Shown here piece after piece: positions 51,471 through 64,000 of a stretch of DNA of 64,000 bases. Each line of letters opens with the position of its first letter. The first letter of the stretch is position 1. The notes under the pieces are model-generated. The model did no database searches. It was given only the letters and a program-made list of their open reading frames with translations, and was not told the DNA's origin. Source of the DNA: Octopus vulgaris (lineage: Eukaryota); assembly GCA_951406725.2 (NCBI GenBank), contig OX597823.1, positions 117,118,001-117,182,000 of the forward strand, given 5' to 3'. The position numbers and the translations under genes were made by a program.

Positions 51471-51835
51471 CATTATTTACATTTGACGGATATTTGTCCT
51501 CATCTCGTTTGTTGCTAACACAACCTTTCGGCTGATATACCTTCAGCCTTCATCAGGGCATATGGCGTAGTGGTTAAGAGCGTGGGGCTACTAAACGAGT
51601 TCGATTCCAGGCAGTGATCTGAATAATAATAATAATAATAATGATAATAACAACAACAACATTGAAAAATACTTTAGGATTGAGAAACTAGGTTCGAAAT
51701 TTCCCCAAGACACCTGATGAAGGCAGGAGGGTATACCAGCTGAAACGTTGTGCTAAAAACAAACAAGATGAAGACAAATATCTGTCAAATGTAAATAATG
51801 TAAATAATGTAAATAATTCCTCATCTCTTAGATAA
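51471..51835 (+). mobile_element. tRNA-headed SINE-like element with hammerhead tail and 5' inverted tail copy
   Basis: A-box TGGCGTAGTGG and B-box GTTCGATTCC (51558-51612), (AAT)n/(AAC)n, HHR tail at 51709-51800; 51471-51557 is the reverse complement of 51713-51800. Confidence 0.75.
51709..51754 (+). ncRNA. Minimal type I hammerhead ribozyme (Penelope-type)
   Basis: GACAC-CUGAUGA-A-GGC(A)GG..CCAGCU-GAAAC-GUU|GUG; the inverted copy gives an intact stem II GGCUGA/UCAGCC and GUGUU for stem I. Confidence 0.7.
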
Positions 51836-52504
51836 AGACATCATAGACTTTACATTCATGTATTGAACTACTTTTTACTCACAGCATACCTATTAGGTAA
51901 ATTTGTAGAATTATTAGTGTTGCATAGAATGCCTTGCGGTATTTGTTTTGATTCTTTGAGCTCAGAGTTCAAATCTCACCAGAGTCAACTTTAGCTTTCA
52001 TCCTTTTGGAGTCAATAAAAAAGTTCCAATCCATGTTTGTGGCTTGGCACAACTGTCAAAGGGTTCGATGGGGACCCTTACAATATCTGATATGGCTCTT
52101 AATGTTCTGACAGCAATGTAAACAAACTATTTTGGGCCTTGCCTTCGTTTTCCTTTGGTCAACGATTGTCACACGGAGAGGAGACTTCCGTGAATAGGCA
52201 ATGGCCAGTATTTCACAAAATATACCTTCCCCAACACTGCCCATACACTTTGAGATATGTGGTCAAACTTAAATAAGGCAAGTCTTAGATATATGTATAA
52301 ATGTATGTGTGTGCATCTGTGTGTCTGTAACTCTATATATCTGTGTGTGTGTGTGTGTGAGTGTATGTGGAACTGACTACTTTCAGTTTCTATGTATTAA
52401 GTCCATTCACAGGGCTCTGAGACTATAATGTAATGCGATGGGAACTGAACCCAGGACTTTTCATCCATGCCCTCAAGCCTGCATCTCAAACACGCACACA
52501 CAAG

Positions 52505-52561
<57 letters not shown>

Positions 52562-52616
52562 CACACACACAAACACACATGTATATACATATAATGTAAA
52601 AAAATTATAAGCAGTT

Positions 52617-53018
52617 AGGTGCAGGAGTGGCTATGTGGTAAGTAGCTTGCTTACCAACCACATGCTTCCAGGTTCAGTCTCACTGCAGGGCACCTTGGGC
52701 AAGTGTCTTCTACTATAGCCTTGGGCCAACCAAAGCCTTGTGAGTGGATTTGGTAGACGGAAACTGAAAAGAAGCCCATCGTATATTTGTATATGTATAT
52801 ATATATGTGTTTGTGTGTCTGTATTTGTCCCCCCCAACATCGCTTGACAACCGATGTTGGTGTGTTTACGTCCCATAACTTAGTGGTTCGGCAAAAAACA
52901 CCGATAGAATAAGTACTAGGCTTGCAAAGAATAAGCCCTGGGGTCGATTTGTTCGACTAAAGGCGGTGCTCCAGCATGGCCACAGTCAAACGACTGAAAC
53001 AAGTAAAAGAGTAAAAGT
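52617..53018 (+). mobile_element. SINE family A
   Basis: Full-length homology. Confidence 0.9.
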
Positions 53019-54849
53019 AAGATATGTCTTCTAAATCTCAGTGGGATTTCTGAAAGCCAGGAATTATTTCTTGATTTATGGTAATATCAAGTGAATGAGA
53101 CAGAAATACACCGATGTTAAGTTCCTAGTTTGTGGCTGGTAGCATGCTCCTCTGGTTCTTGATTTATACATTGCATCTTTAAGGTGTAAACCAATGCCAA
53201 TACTTAGGTTTGTCAGTGTTTGTGCCCAATAGAAACATGCACAACTTTTGTGTGGTTTGTTGTGTGAAAGACTAGGGAAATATTTAAAAACGAGGTTTGA
53301 TGACTGGAAGGATCGCTAGCCATAGAATACTGCTTTGGCAAAGCTTCATGTAACACATGTCAACACAGAGAAAGTTGTATATAGAGATGATGATGATATT
53401 TATATGAGTGTGTGTGTGTAATCACATGAATACATATATATGTATATATATATGTATATATATACATACACATATATAAACCTATGTTTGTGTATGCAAA
53501 TGATTATGCGTGTACGCATCTGTTCATCAAAGGGGAGAATCACAGATCTCTGTGAAGTTCCATTATTATTCCTAATGGTACCAGTAGCAATGTTAGCACC
53601 ACAACTACTGCTATTTTAAGATTTTCATTTCTTCTATGTAATGTTTGTGTTCTTGAATAATTTCCCTATTCTTCTAATACATAAATTATGCAGCATCTTT
53701 CCACAGAAACATTTTATATATACATTGCTTTTGTTGTCGTAGCTGTTGTTGTAAAACATGTTATTGTTGCTTTTGTTGTTGTTGCTGTTATTTTCTTTTA
53801 GCATTCGATAGAAACACCTCTGTACTTCTCCATCTTTTCTGTAGTGATTTAATGTACAAAGAGCTTTTCATGTTGCTATTATCTCAGTAGCTTTGCTGGT
53901 GAGTAAGCTAGCTCTTGGCTATGTCACGAATCTGTCGTTGATTATCTTCACCATCAAACTGTGTTTCTATGTTTCACCGTTTTACAAGAAAGAAGAATTG
54001 GTCTGAAAATAAATAGATTCACATGTGACCGTAAATCGCTTATGTCTACTGACTAAAGATGAGGAACAATATTGTAATCATACAATGATAAGGGTATACT
54101 TTCATTCCAGCTCCTAGTGCACAACCTGTCTTACAATTCTGCTGCATTAATAGAACAACTACTTTTATTGAACCACAGGTCTTTCTTTTGTCATCTTTTG
54201 TGTGAGTTGCACTCTGTTGATTGAATCAAAGCAGAGAATTTGGCTTAATCAGACTCTTTTGAGTATCTAATTTGGAACAATACTGCTTTGAATTCCGCAC
54301 ACACATACACACACTGAACTCCAAAATAAACTATCTTTTCATTCTTTTGCAACTGAGAAAGTATATAACTAATACATTTGTAATTAACCAACTGTCTATG
54401 TTATAAGATTGTTCCAAGACCTTTAATAAATCAAGTTCCTATCAAAAGTAGATCGTTTCTCAATGAACTAGTTATTCAGTTCAAGAAAGGAACAAAGTGT
54501 TTTAACAAGAAACAGGAACTGTGTTCCAGATTCAGATTGCTATGAGCACATCCTTACTCTACAGCATTGATGAGAATTTGTTTATACACCCTATGTCACA
54601 TAATGGCAGGGGTGGGGGAGGTTAACACTAGGTCAAGTTTGATCAACACAACATATAACCACATACATTCTTGCCATGACAATCCAGTCCTTTATTCATG
54701 CTGTATGTGGCTGAGCATTATTCCAATGGAAGAACACCTTTCGTCTTGAAACCAAAGATGGCAATTTCTTTTAGTGGTGACTTAATCTACTCAAGATGCT
54801 CACAGTATCATTTGGTTTGGGTTTAAAAGTTCAAAGTGAACTAAATCTT

Positions 54850-55507
54850 TCGTATCCCACCAAACAGATAACAACACCTTACAAGGGTGAAGACCTGCTT
54901 TAGCCTGGGGTGCCAGTATTTCTCCTTTCCCTATCCACTGTTTCTGCACTTGACATTTTTATAGAGAACCCATTTCTTATCACCAGTCACTATTCAGTCC
55001 AAAAAAGGTTCATTTGTGAGACGTGAGAGCAAAGAAGAGCACACATTCACTCTCTGCAAGCAATTAGACTCAGAAAGTTTGTGAGGAACACATTGAGCCA
55101 ATTTGCTGACTTTTCTGATGGCATGCAGTAACAATGAATGGTTGAATGACCAAATCCAAGCTTCTTTGCTAGTACCTCAAAAGTTACAATCGGATTTTGT
55201 TCCATCAGGTTTTGCAGGATGTCCTCGTTGAGCTGTAAAGATCTTCTCAGCTGTAGTTTCCAGATCAGAATTTCTGGATCCACCATTGACACTGGCTTAA
55301 GCTTATTGTCCAATCCCCATAGACTGCATTAATATTCCTCACACTTTCTGTTGCATTGTTGCCTTTATTGAACTCATACAGAAAAACATGCTGGAAACAT
55401 GTCCTTTGTTGCTTCCATTATGGCTTTGTAAAAATAACTGTTAAAATCTCACTGCACTCTTCAAAACTTGCAATTGAAAAACCCACATTATTTATGGGAT
55501 GGCCCAA
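54850..55507 (-). mobile_element. Mariner transposon 5' half, degenerate
   Basis: TA|TTGGGCCATCCCATAAATAATG TIR; MEATK..FLYEFNKGNNATESVRNINAVYG, LAKKLGFGHSTIH, CVPHKL and VTGDKKW. Confidence 0.8.
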
Positions 55508-56486
55508 TATATATTGTAAATCTTCAGACATTATTACCATATTTAAAACTCCTGATGCATTTCACATGGAATTTTTGGTCTTCCTATGTTGTCTTGATGT
55601 ATAAGTCAATCTACCTTTTTTTTTTGGCTGTAAATTCTCTTCTGGAAAAGTTGACTCGTAGGCTGGAAATTATAGCATCTCTCTCATTCTCTCTCTCTCT
55701 TTCTGTATAAACACATATATTTGTGTGTAGGTATACATATATATGTATACATATATACATAAACGTGTGTGTATTTATGTATGTGTGTATATATATATAT
55801 ACATGTGTGTGTATAAGATAGGTAAATAGATAAGTATGTGTGTATGTATGTATGCATATACAATCAGACACACACACATAAATATACAATTATCAGTAAC
55901 ATGACATTGCTAATAGTAATAATAATAAATCATAACTTTGATAATGGTATTTCTGTGTTGTAATGATTTATTATTTTACTTATTATCTTCTTGTTGTTTG
56001 TTATATCTATTTAGTTGTATGTTGTGTCCTTGTTGGATACATTCCTCTTATTTAAGATGTTGTTGGCTTTTTTATATGGTTGTACAGACTTTGTTTAACA
56101 TGTCTACATGATGGAAATTTTAGATGATTTATTGTTATTTCTAAAATATATGTTTTTGATGATATAATCTCTCTCCCCCACTCTCTTTCTCTCTCATATC
56201 TTGTTCATTCATTTTAAGTCCATTTTCCATGCTAGCATGGGTTAGATGAATATATTCATATATTACTGAGTCATATTTTCATGAGTAGATTCCCTTCCTG
56301 TCACCTAACTGTTACCTAATTTTCAATAAGGGGTCTCATATTTCACATGTCTTTAAAGATGCAAAGTGAGTAGAATGGTTTGATGAGAGGAGAAAGGATG
56401 ACAATACCACTCGTAGACCACAACTTTTGTAAAGCACAAGTAGAGACACACAGTGTTTTATTTTATAACTAAAATATATAGTAAAT

Positions 56487-56872
56487 CATCATCATCATCA
56501 TCGTCATCATCATCGTCATTTAACATCTGTTGTCCATGCTGGCATGGGTTGGACAGTTTGACCAGGGCTGGCAAGCTGGAAGGCTGTACCAAACTCTAGT
56601 TTGGTTTGGCATGATTTCTATGGATGGATGCCCTTCCTAATGCCAACCACTCCAAGAGTGGCCACCGGCACAGGTGCCATTTGCATGACACCAGAATCTG
56701 TCACAACTACAATTTCACTTGGCTTGATGAGAAAAAAGACCCATCAAACCAAATGAAGTCACAGTCATGGCAGATACTAGAATCACACAAATGGCACTCT
56801 TGCCAGTGGCATGTAAAAGCACCCATTACACTCTTGGAGTTGTTAGCATTAAGAAGGTCATCCAGTTGTAGA
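56487..56872. mobile_element. Family B fragments in both orientations
   Basis: Core homology. Confidence 0.65.
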
Positions 56873-56897
56873 CCTTATATATATATATATATATTCT

Positions 56898-57114
56898 ATA
56901 CTCTTTACTCTTTTACTTCTTTCAGTCATTTGACTGCGGCAATGCTGGAGCACCACTTATAGTTGAGCAAATCAACCCCAGGACTTATTCTTTGTAAGCC
57001 TAGTTAGTACTTATTCTATCAGTTTCTTTTGCTGAATTGCTAAGTTACGAAAATGTAAACACACCAGTATCGGTTGTCAAGCGATGTTGGGGGGACCGAC
57101 ACAGACATACAAAT

Positions 57115-57210
<96 letters not shown>

Positions 57211-57375
57211 GATGGGCTTCTTTCAGTTTCCGTCTACCAAATCCACTCACAAGGCTTTGGTCAGCCTGAGGCTGTAGTAGAAGACACTTGCTCAAGGTGC
57301 CATGCAGTGGGACTGAACCCAGAACCATGTGGTTGGTTAGCAAGCTACTTACCACACTGCAACTCCTGTGCCTAT
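56898..57375 (-). mobile_element. SINE family A
   Basis: Full-length homology. Confidence 0.9.
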
Positions 57376-57456
57376 GCCACATCATTGTAGGAATAAAAGT
57401 TTTGAATCCAAACCAAGTTAGAAGATGCATCAGAAATAAAGATAACTTCATAGATA

Positions 57457-58163
57457 CAGGCATGGCTGTGTGGTAAGAAGCTTGCTTCCCAACCAAATAG
57501 TTCCAAGTTCAGTCTCACCATGTGGCACTTTGGACAAAGGTCTTCTGTTATAGCTTCAAGCCAACCAAAACCTTGTGAATGGAATTGGTGGACAGAAACT
57601 CCAAGAGACCTGTTTATATATATATATATATATATAGTGTGTGTTTGTCCCCTGCCGCCTTCTGACAATTGGTGTTGGTGTGTTTACATCCCCATTAGCA
57701 GTCCAGCAAAAAAGACCAATTGAATAAGTACCATGTTGCCAGAGCAGCCAACTAACTTCCATGCCAGTGGCACATAAAAGGGCACCATTCGTGTATGATT
57801 GTTACCAACGTCGCCTTACTGGCACCTGTGCCGGTGGAATGTGTAAAAAGATTCAAGTGAGGTCATTGCCAGTACCACCTGACTGGACCCCGTGCCAGGG
57901 GCACGTAAAAAGCACCCACTACACTCTCGGAGTGGTTGGCATTAGGAAGGGTATCCAGCTGTAGAAAGTCTGCCAGATCAAGATTGGAGCTTGGTGCAGC
58001 CATCTGGTTTGCCAGCCCTCAGTCAAAATCGTCCAACCCATGCTAGCATGGAAAGTGGATGTTAAACGATGATGATGATGACTGGGGTCAATTAATTCAA
58101 CTAAAAGTTCTTCAAGGTGGTGCCCCAGCATGGCCACAGTCTAATGACTGAAACAAGTAAGAG
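57457..58163 (+). mobile_element. Older SINE family A interrupted by a family B element (about 57733-58080)
   Basis: Head, body and tail homology around the insertion. Confidence 0.75.
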
Positions 58164-59084
58164 ATACAGTATAAAAGATAACTGGAAATAAGAGAAATAG
58201 CAGAAATTGGGACAAGACACGTTATATTGAAAAACTGCTGCAGAAACTTCATCTTAGTTTAAGCTTCGACTGTAAAATGTTTTTTACTTTATAGATTCTG
58301 TATTTGATTAATTGATGTTTGATTGCTTTGTGTATTTTTACAGAGGTTCCATAATCATACATGGCATTGGATGATTCTCTGCAACAGAATGATATTTTTA
58401 GTGATTTGTGATTGCTGAGGTCATTGTTTAACTTTTCTGGCGACATCTTGTTGTGTGCAGTTAGAATTAATTGATTTATTTTAGTTAATTACTTTATTCT
58501 CAAGACTGGATGTATAACAATTTATAGTCTCAACACTCAAAGACGAGGAGGAAAGTTGGGGTGGGGAGGTGTTCAGTTAAATTCTACAAGAGTCAACTTC
58601 ATTTTTAATGTATTGGTGTTTGAGATTCCATCATGATTTGTTTTAAAACAACATCACAGGGCCCCTGTGCTTATCTCTGCATGGCTAAGTCTATCCTATT
58701 TATTTATTACCCACAAGGGGCTAAACATAGAGTGAACAAACAAGTCTATCCTATACAGATTTTAACCCTGAATATAAAAAGAATAGCTAATTATTATAAG
58801 ACATTTCTTCCATTACCATTTCATTGACAGTTCTTATGTAGACCCAGATTAATTATTCTGTAATATCAATACAAGCAGAAGGCGCCAACAGGAGAAAATG
58901 ACCCCAGGGATTTTTTGTTGTTTGTTTTGTTTCCTGTGCCTGATTTACCATGTTGTAAATGGTAGAATGTTAAATAAATAAATTTATATATAGGTTACAT
59001 TTAATATAGTTGTGGTGTCTGAACTGAATGAAAGCTGTGTTTTTATTCATTGTTTTATGCATTCAGCCCATCTTATTATATCTG

Positions 59085-59270
59085 AATGGCATCAGATGTA
59101 GAGTGCAAGAGAGAAAACTGCACTGGTATGGTCATGTAATGCATATGAATGAAGACACTTGCATCAGGAAGTGCTGAGCTCTAATTGTGGAGGGAACATG
59201 TGGAAGAGGTCGACTCAGGAAGAGGTGGGATGAAGTGGTGAGAAAGGATCTTCAGATGTTGGGCCTCACA
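59085..59270 (+). mobile_element. RTE LINE C-terminal fragment
   Basis: GIRCRVQERKLHWYGHVMHM...GRGRLRKRWDEVVRKDL. Confidence 0.8.
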
Positions 59271-59274
59271 GTAC

Positions 59275-59612
59275 ATGAGAAGACACATCAAGCTAAGTAA
59301 ATACATGGTCGTCCTTGCATACAGCCATCTCTTTTCAATTAAGTATTCCTAATCTTGCAGGTTCGTGGGTGCTGGTGCCACATAAAAAGCGCCCATGCCA
59401 ATGCTGAGTAAAAGCACCCAGTACACTCTGTGAAATGGTTGGCATTGGGAAGGGTGTCCAGCTGTAGAAACCATGTCAAAACAGACATGGAACCCAGGCA
59501 GCTTCCCAACTGGCCAGCTCCTGCCAAACTGCCCAACTCATGCCAGTATGGAAAACGGAAATTAAATGATGATGACGACGACAATGATGATGGTGATGAT
59601 GTTGATGATGAT
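59275..59612 (+). mobile_element. Family B-related element (older subfamily)
   Basis: GGTTGGCATTGGGAAGGGTGTCCAGCTGTAGAAAC and (GAT)n tail. Confidence 0.7.
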
Positions 59613-59969
59613 GTTTTGTCATTTAGACAATGGTTGAGTCAAGGTGTCACCATTGTTGGGCTCTGCTTAAGGCATCTGTCAACCTTAATTTAACATTGCT
59701 CTTATGGTCAATATATTGGTAACAGTAATACCAGTTCCACTATGAGTCTCTTTCTCACATAAAAATGGTTTCATGTCATTGTAAGAAACAAGCTCTTTCC
59801 AATGTTTCATCCAATGTTATTTCACAATTGGATATATTTAAGACATTTCACATCAACATTTATTATGCTGTTTTCTCTTATAAATCTGTTCTCCTTCATA
59901 CAAAGTTTGTAAGGAAATACTTTATTAATAGAAGTTTTATATTCTATTTCATTAAATCGTTATATACTG

Positions 59970-60281
59970 GTACTCTGTTGGTTACGACAATGAGGGTTCT
60001 AGCTGATCTGATCACTAGAACAGCCTGCTTGTGAAATTAACATGCAAGTGGCAGAGCCCTCGACAGACATGTGTACCCTTAATGTAGTTCTCAGGGAGAT
60101 TCAGTGTGATAGAGAGTAACAAGGCTAGCACTTTGAAGTACAGGTACAACTCATTTTTGCCAGCTGAATGCACTGGAACATCATGAAATAAAGTGTCTTG
60201 CTCAAGGACACATCGCTGGTAATTGAACTCATGACCTTACGATCACTAGCCGAATGCCCTAACCACTAAGCCACGTGCCTT
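59970..60281 (-). mobile_element. tRNA-derived CORE-like SINE with a different 3' body
   Basis: Minus-strand head GGCACGTGGCTTAGTGGTTAGGGCATTCGGC...GAGTTCAATT and CCTTGAGCAAGACACTTT. Confidence 0.7.
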
Positions 60282-60466
60282 TATTAATTCATTATATATT
60301 AATGATTTAATTACCATGTAGCACTGGGCTAACCAGAGCCTTGTGAGTGAATTTAGCAGATGGAAACTGAAAGAAGCTTCTTCTGTATATGCAGCTGTGT
60401 AACATCATGTATATATTATTGTCGCATTGCCTTCACATCATATGATAGTTGTAAATGACTGTTGCA

Positions 60467-60838
60467 AGCTGGCCTTTGTGCCGATGGCACGTTTAAGCAC
60501 ACTATTCAAGCGTGATCATTTCCGCGTCGTCTTACTGGCACTTGTGCTGGTGGCATGTGAAACATTCGAGCGAGGTCGTCGCCAGTGCCGCTGGACTGGC
60601 TCCTGTGCAGGTGGCATGTAAAAAGTACCATTTGGGCGTGGCCGTTGCCAGTACCACCAAACTGGCCCTCGTGCCGATGGCATGTAAAAGCACCCACTAC
60701 ACTCTCAGAGTGGTTGGCGTTAGGAAGAGCATCCAGCTGTAGAAACTCTGCCAGATCAGATTGGAGTCTGGTTCACCAGACCTCAGTCAAATCGTCCAAC
60801 TCATGCTAGCATGGAAAGCAGATGTTAAATGACGATGC
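60467..60838 (+). mobile_element. Family B element
   Basis: Minisatellite units plus core. Confidence 0.8.
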
Positions 60839-61552
60839 ATCATACGAGCAGTATCCTTCATTTCTAATATTCTGTGAAAACACGTCTGGTCATGGAGAAA
60901 TATCACTTTGCTTGGAAAAAAGTGAGGGTTAGTGACAGCCATGGCATGAAGCCATAGAAAATTCACTTCAATGAATTCCATTCAACCCATGCAAGCATGG
61001 AAAAGTGGACATCAAAACAATAATGATGTATATTTATGAGTCGAAAGCTATCTTGTACAGTTTGAAATATTACAAAACTGTATTAATTTTTTATCTATTA
61101 CTTCATTTGAAAAGCAGTGAGTGTTAGAGACAGGAAGAGCATCCAGCCATAGAAAAGCTGCCTCAGTGAATTTCATCCAATTTATGCAAGCATGGAAAAG
61201 TGGACGTTAAAAATGATAACAATGATGATAATAATGATGGTGATGATGATGAGCTCTTGTCACTGTTCATAATATTTCCATTTAATATTTCTCTTGTTTG
61301 TCATATTACCATTTTTTGTGTTCTATCATAGTTTATTAATTTCACTACTTGCAATAAACTTTTTTTAACTTAGAACAGTTTTTAAACAAATTAAACTGTG
61401 AGATCAGCTGTCTCGTATTTAGTTTTATTACTCTAGGTTACAAGTTCAAATCTTACCATAGCTAAATGTCAACTCCTTCACATAAATACCACTATTTTCA
61501 ATAGGGTTCTCTTCAGTCAGTTTGCTTCTTACAGAAAAATTTATCTCCTGTC

Positions 61553-62165
61553 TTCATCTTTATCGTTTAATGTCCGTTTTCCATGCTAGCATTGGTTGGA
61601 CAGTTCGACTGGGGGTCTGGGAAGCCAGGAGGTTGCACCAGACTCCGAACGGATCTGGCAGTATTTCTAGAGCGGCCTGGTGGCACATAAAAAGCACCAT
61701 TCAAGTGTGATTGTTACCAGCGTCGCCTTTACTGGCACCTGACAAAAACATTCGAGCAAGGTCATTGCCAGTGCATATGGAACATAAAAAAAACACCCTT
61801 TGAGCATTACCGTTGCCAATACCACCTGACTGGCTCTCATGCCACTGGCATATAAAAGCACCCACTACACTCACGGAGGGGTTGGCGTTAGGAAGGGCAT
61901 CCAGCTGTAGAAACTCTGCCAGATCAAGATTGGAGCCTGGTGCAGCCATCTGGTTCGCCAGTCCTCAGTCAAATCGTCCAACCCATGCTAGCATGGAAAG
62001 CAGATGTTAAACAATGATGATGATGCCTGCCTAACTCCAACCACTCCAAGTCTGTAGTGGGTGCTTTTTACATGCCACTAGCACAGGGGCCAGAAGTGGC
62101 TGGCATCGACCACATTTGGATGGTGCTTTTATGTGCCACCGGCATGGGGGCCAGTCAAGGCACTC
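61553..62165. mobile_element. Family B element (61675-62025, +) nested in an inverted family B copy
   Basis: Minus-strand halves at 61553-61670 and 62027-62165. Confidence 0.75.
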
Positions 62166-62434
62166 AAAACAAATTTCTATTATCATTAAATAAATGGGTG
62201 GTAGAATTGTAACCACACCAGACCAAATGCTTAGAAGCCTTTCTACCAACTTTACATTCTGAGTTCAAATTCTGCTAAGTTGACTTTGCCGTTCATCCTA
62301 TTGAAGGTAACAAAACAAGTATGAGCACTGGACTTGTTGGAATCGATTTCCCCAACCTCTCAAAACTGCTGGCCTTGTGCCAAAATTAGAAAGAAATATT
62401 TTCATCAACATCATCATCATCATCATTATTATTG

Positions 62435-63165
62435 AGAATAGCACATGCTATCAGAGTGACACTGGGTTTCAAATATACAAAGCCAAATGTACCCATCATG
62501 ACTATCCATCCAATAAGGGTAAACCAGGCACATGCATCACAACCATGTGAATGTGACATAAACAGTGCATGACCTTCCATGTGGGGCCCCAATTCAAGTA
62601 GCCTGTCCCACTCAGAAGCTCCCTGAATAAGGGTTGTTTCAGGATTATGAATGAGACACCCATGATTCCAGAGGTGACTTATTCATATCCCTAAGAATTC
62701 CCCTCAACACATGGCTATGATATTTCGTTTTTAGATTTGGTTTGCAAGATTCTTTATGTGAGTTCTTGTGTTGAAGCATATTCTGTTGTGTCTGGGGAGA
62801 GTCATCCTCTTTTAGTGCCTTATAATTTAACACACCAGTAAAATTTCCACTTATTCCTTATTTTTATTTTCCTAAAATTTTCATTGCATCTTGTGAAAAG
62901 GCTGCGAGATGCAACGAAAATTTTAGGAAAATAAAAATAAGGAATAAGTGGAAATTTTACCAGTGAGTGTGTTAAATTATAAGATACAAAAAAAAATGAC
63001 TCTCCCCAGACACAACAGAACATGGCTATGATGTTCCCCAACTACTCCTGCTCATGATGCACAAATTGTCAGCCACTAAAGAACAAGCTCAACTGGTGAA
63101 GATCAAGCAACTAGCAAACAAATCTGCAGTATTGAGCAGAATTTTGCTGTAGCCCACCTTTTACA
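62435..63165. repeat. Unclassified interspersed repeat between (CAT)n and (TTA)n, interrupted by a fold-back element
   Basis: Sequence continues across the 13-bp duplication at 62709 and 63020. Confidence 0.5.
62722..63019. mobile_element. Fold-back element with 13-bp TSD
   Basis: Inverted arms of about 112 bp at 62782-62893 and 62906-63020; TSD ACATGGCTATGAT. Confidence 0.8.
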
Positions 63166-63166
63166 C

Positions 63167-63222
<56 letters not shown>

Positions 63223-64000
63223 TGTATAACAGCTGTTTTAGTATCATGCTTTGCTTTATAAAATATTTTAAAATATTTTATTACAGCTTTTTCATGTTTT
63301 TCATTGACTTATTTTATTTATATTTTGTGTAGCTTTATTTGCGATATACATATTTTGTGTGTGTGTGTGTCTGTGTGTGTATTTGTAGTGTGTGTGTATG
63401 TATATCACATTTAGAACATGTTTATCATTACTTTTTTATTGGATTGTATGAAAATAATATTTTTTTTTATTGGTTTATGTTGGATTTTTCGTGACACACT
63501 CACACACACATACATTAACTGTACATTCTAACACACATCTTTACTACAAACCAATTCTTAGAGCCACCAGTAAAACATTCTACCCTAACATATAATATAC
63601 TCACAACAAACAAATAATAAACAGAAATACAGCCATAATAGAACAATACTACAACAACGGCAACATCAACAACAAATACAACAAACAGTAAAAGGACAAC
63701 AAAATGTCTAAACTTAAATAAAGCTAAATATTCGTATAGGTTTGAATTATTATATATCAATTCGTTTGCTTACAACCACTGCACATGATCGCTATGAATA
63801 CACCAAATCCCACCCCTCATCCCCACAGGAATGGCCTATTCCTATGGCAACCAATCAGATGATTGATTTTTACCAAAGCAAATACAACTTGTCTCTTCTG
63901 CTTTTGTTGCTCTTACCATATTAATTTATTCTGCTGCAGTTCCTGGTTTTATTGCCTCTTCTCTACACTTGATCCAAAGAAGAAAAATAACATATATATA

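Noticed and set aside
53860-53920. Possible miRNA hairpin
   Set aside because: Stems are too short and it matches no conserved bilaterian miRNA I recognise.

Overview
AT-rich, repeat-saturated eukaryotic non-coding DNA. The SINE families and the huge (TA)n/(CA)n/(CAT)n microsatellites look like an Octopus (coleoid cephalopod) intron or intergenic region; this is inferred from repeat content. I can support no host protein-coding exon, and almost all listed ORFs are microsatellite or SINE artefacts. Real coding relics are retrotransposon fragments (a young 5'-truncated RTE, older RTEs, a CR1-group LINE, R4/Dong 3' ends) and DNA-transposon fragments (mariner, DUF4817-type Tc1/mariner, maT-like, Chapaev3-like, MULE-like), plus Tc2-, piggyBac- and Helitron-like non-autonomous elements. 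The most interesting signals are RNA-structural. (1) Several short fold-back elements carry Penelope-type minimal hammerhead ribozymes, including one with a tRNA/Pol III head at 51.5 kb. (2) The dominant SINE shares its 3' end, including a stem-loop that differs in sequence but keeps its pairing, with the CR1 LINE in the same window. (3) An RTE 3' end encoding three C2H2 fingers shares its tail with a bipartite non-autonomous element. (4) Two near-perfect local inverted repeats occur, one enclosing a candidate micro-exon. Coordinates were read by eye and element edges may be off by a few bases.
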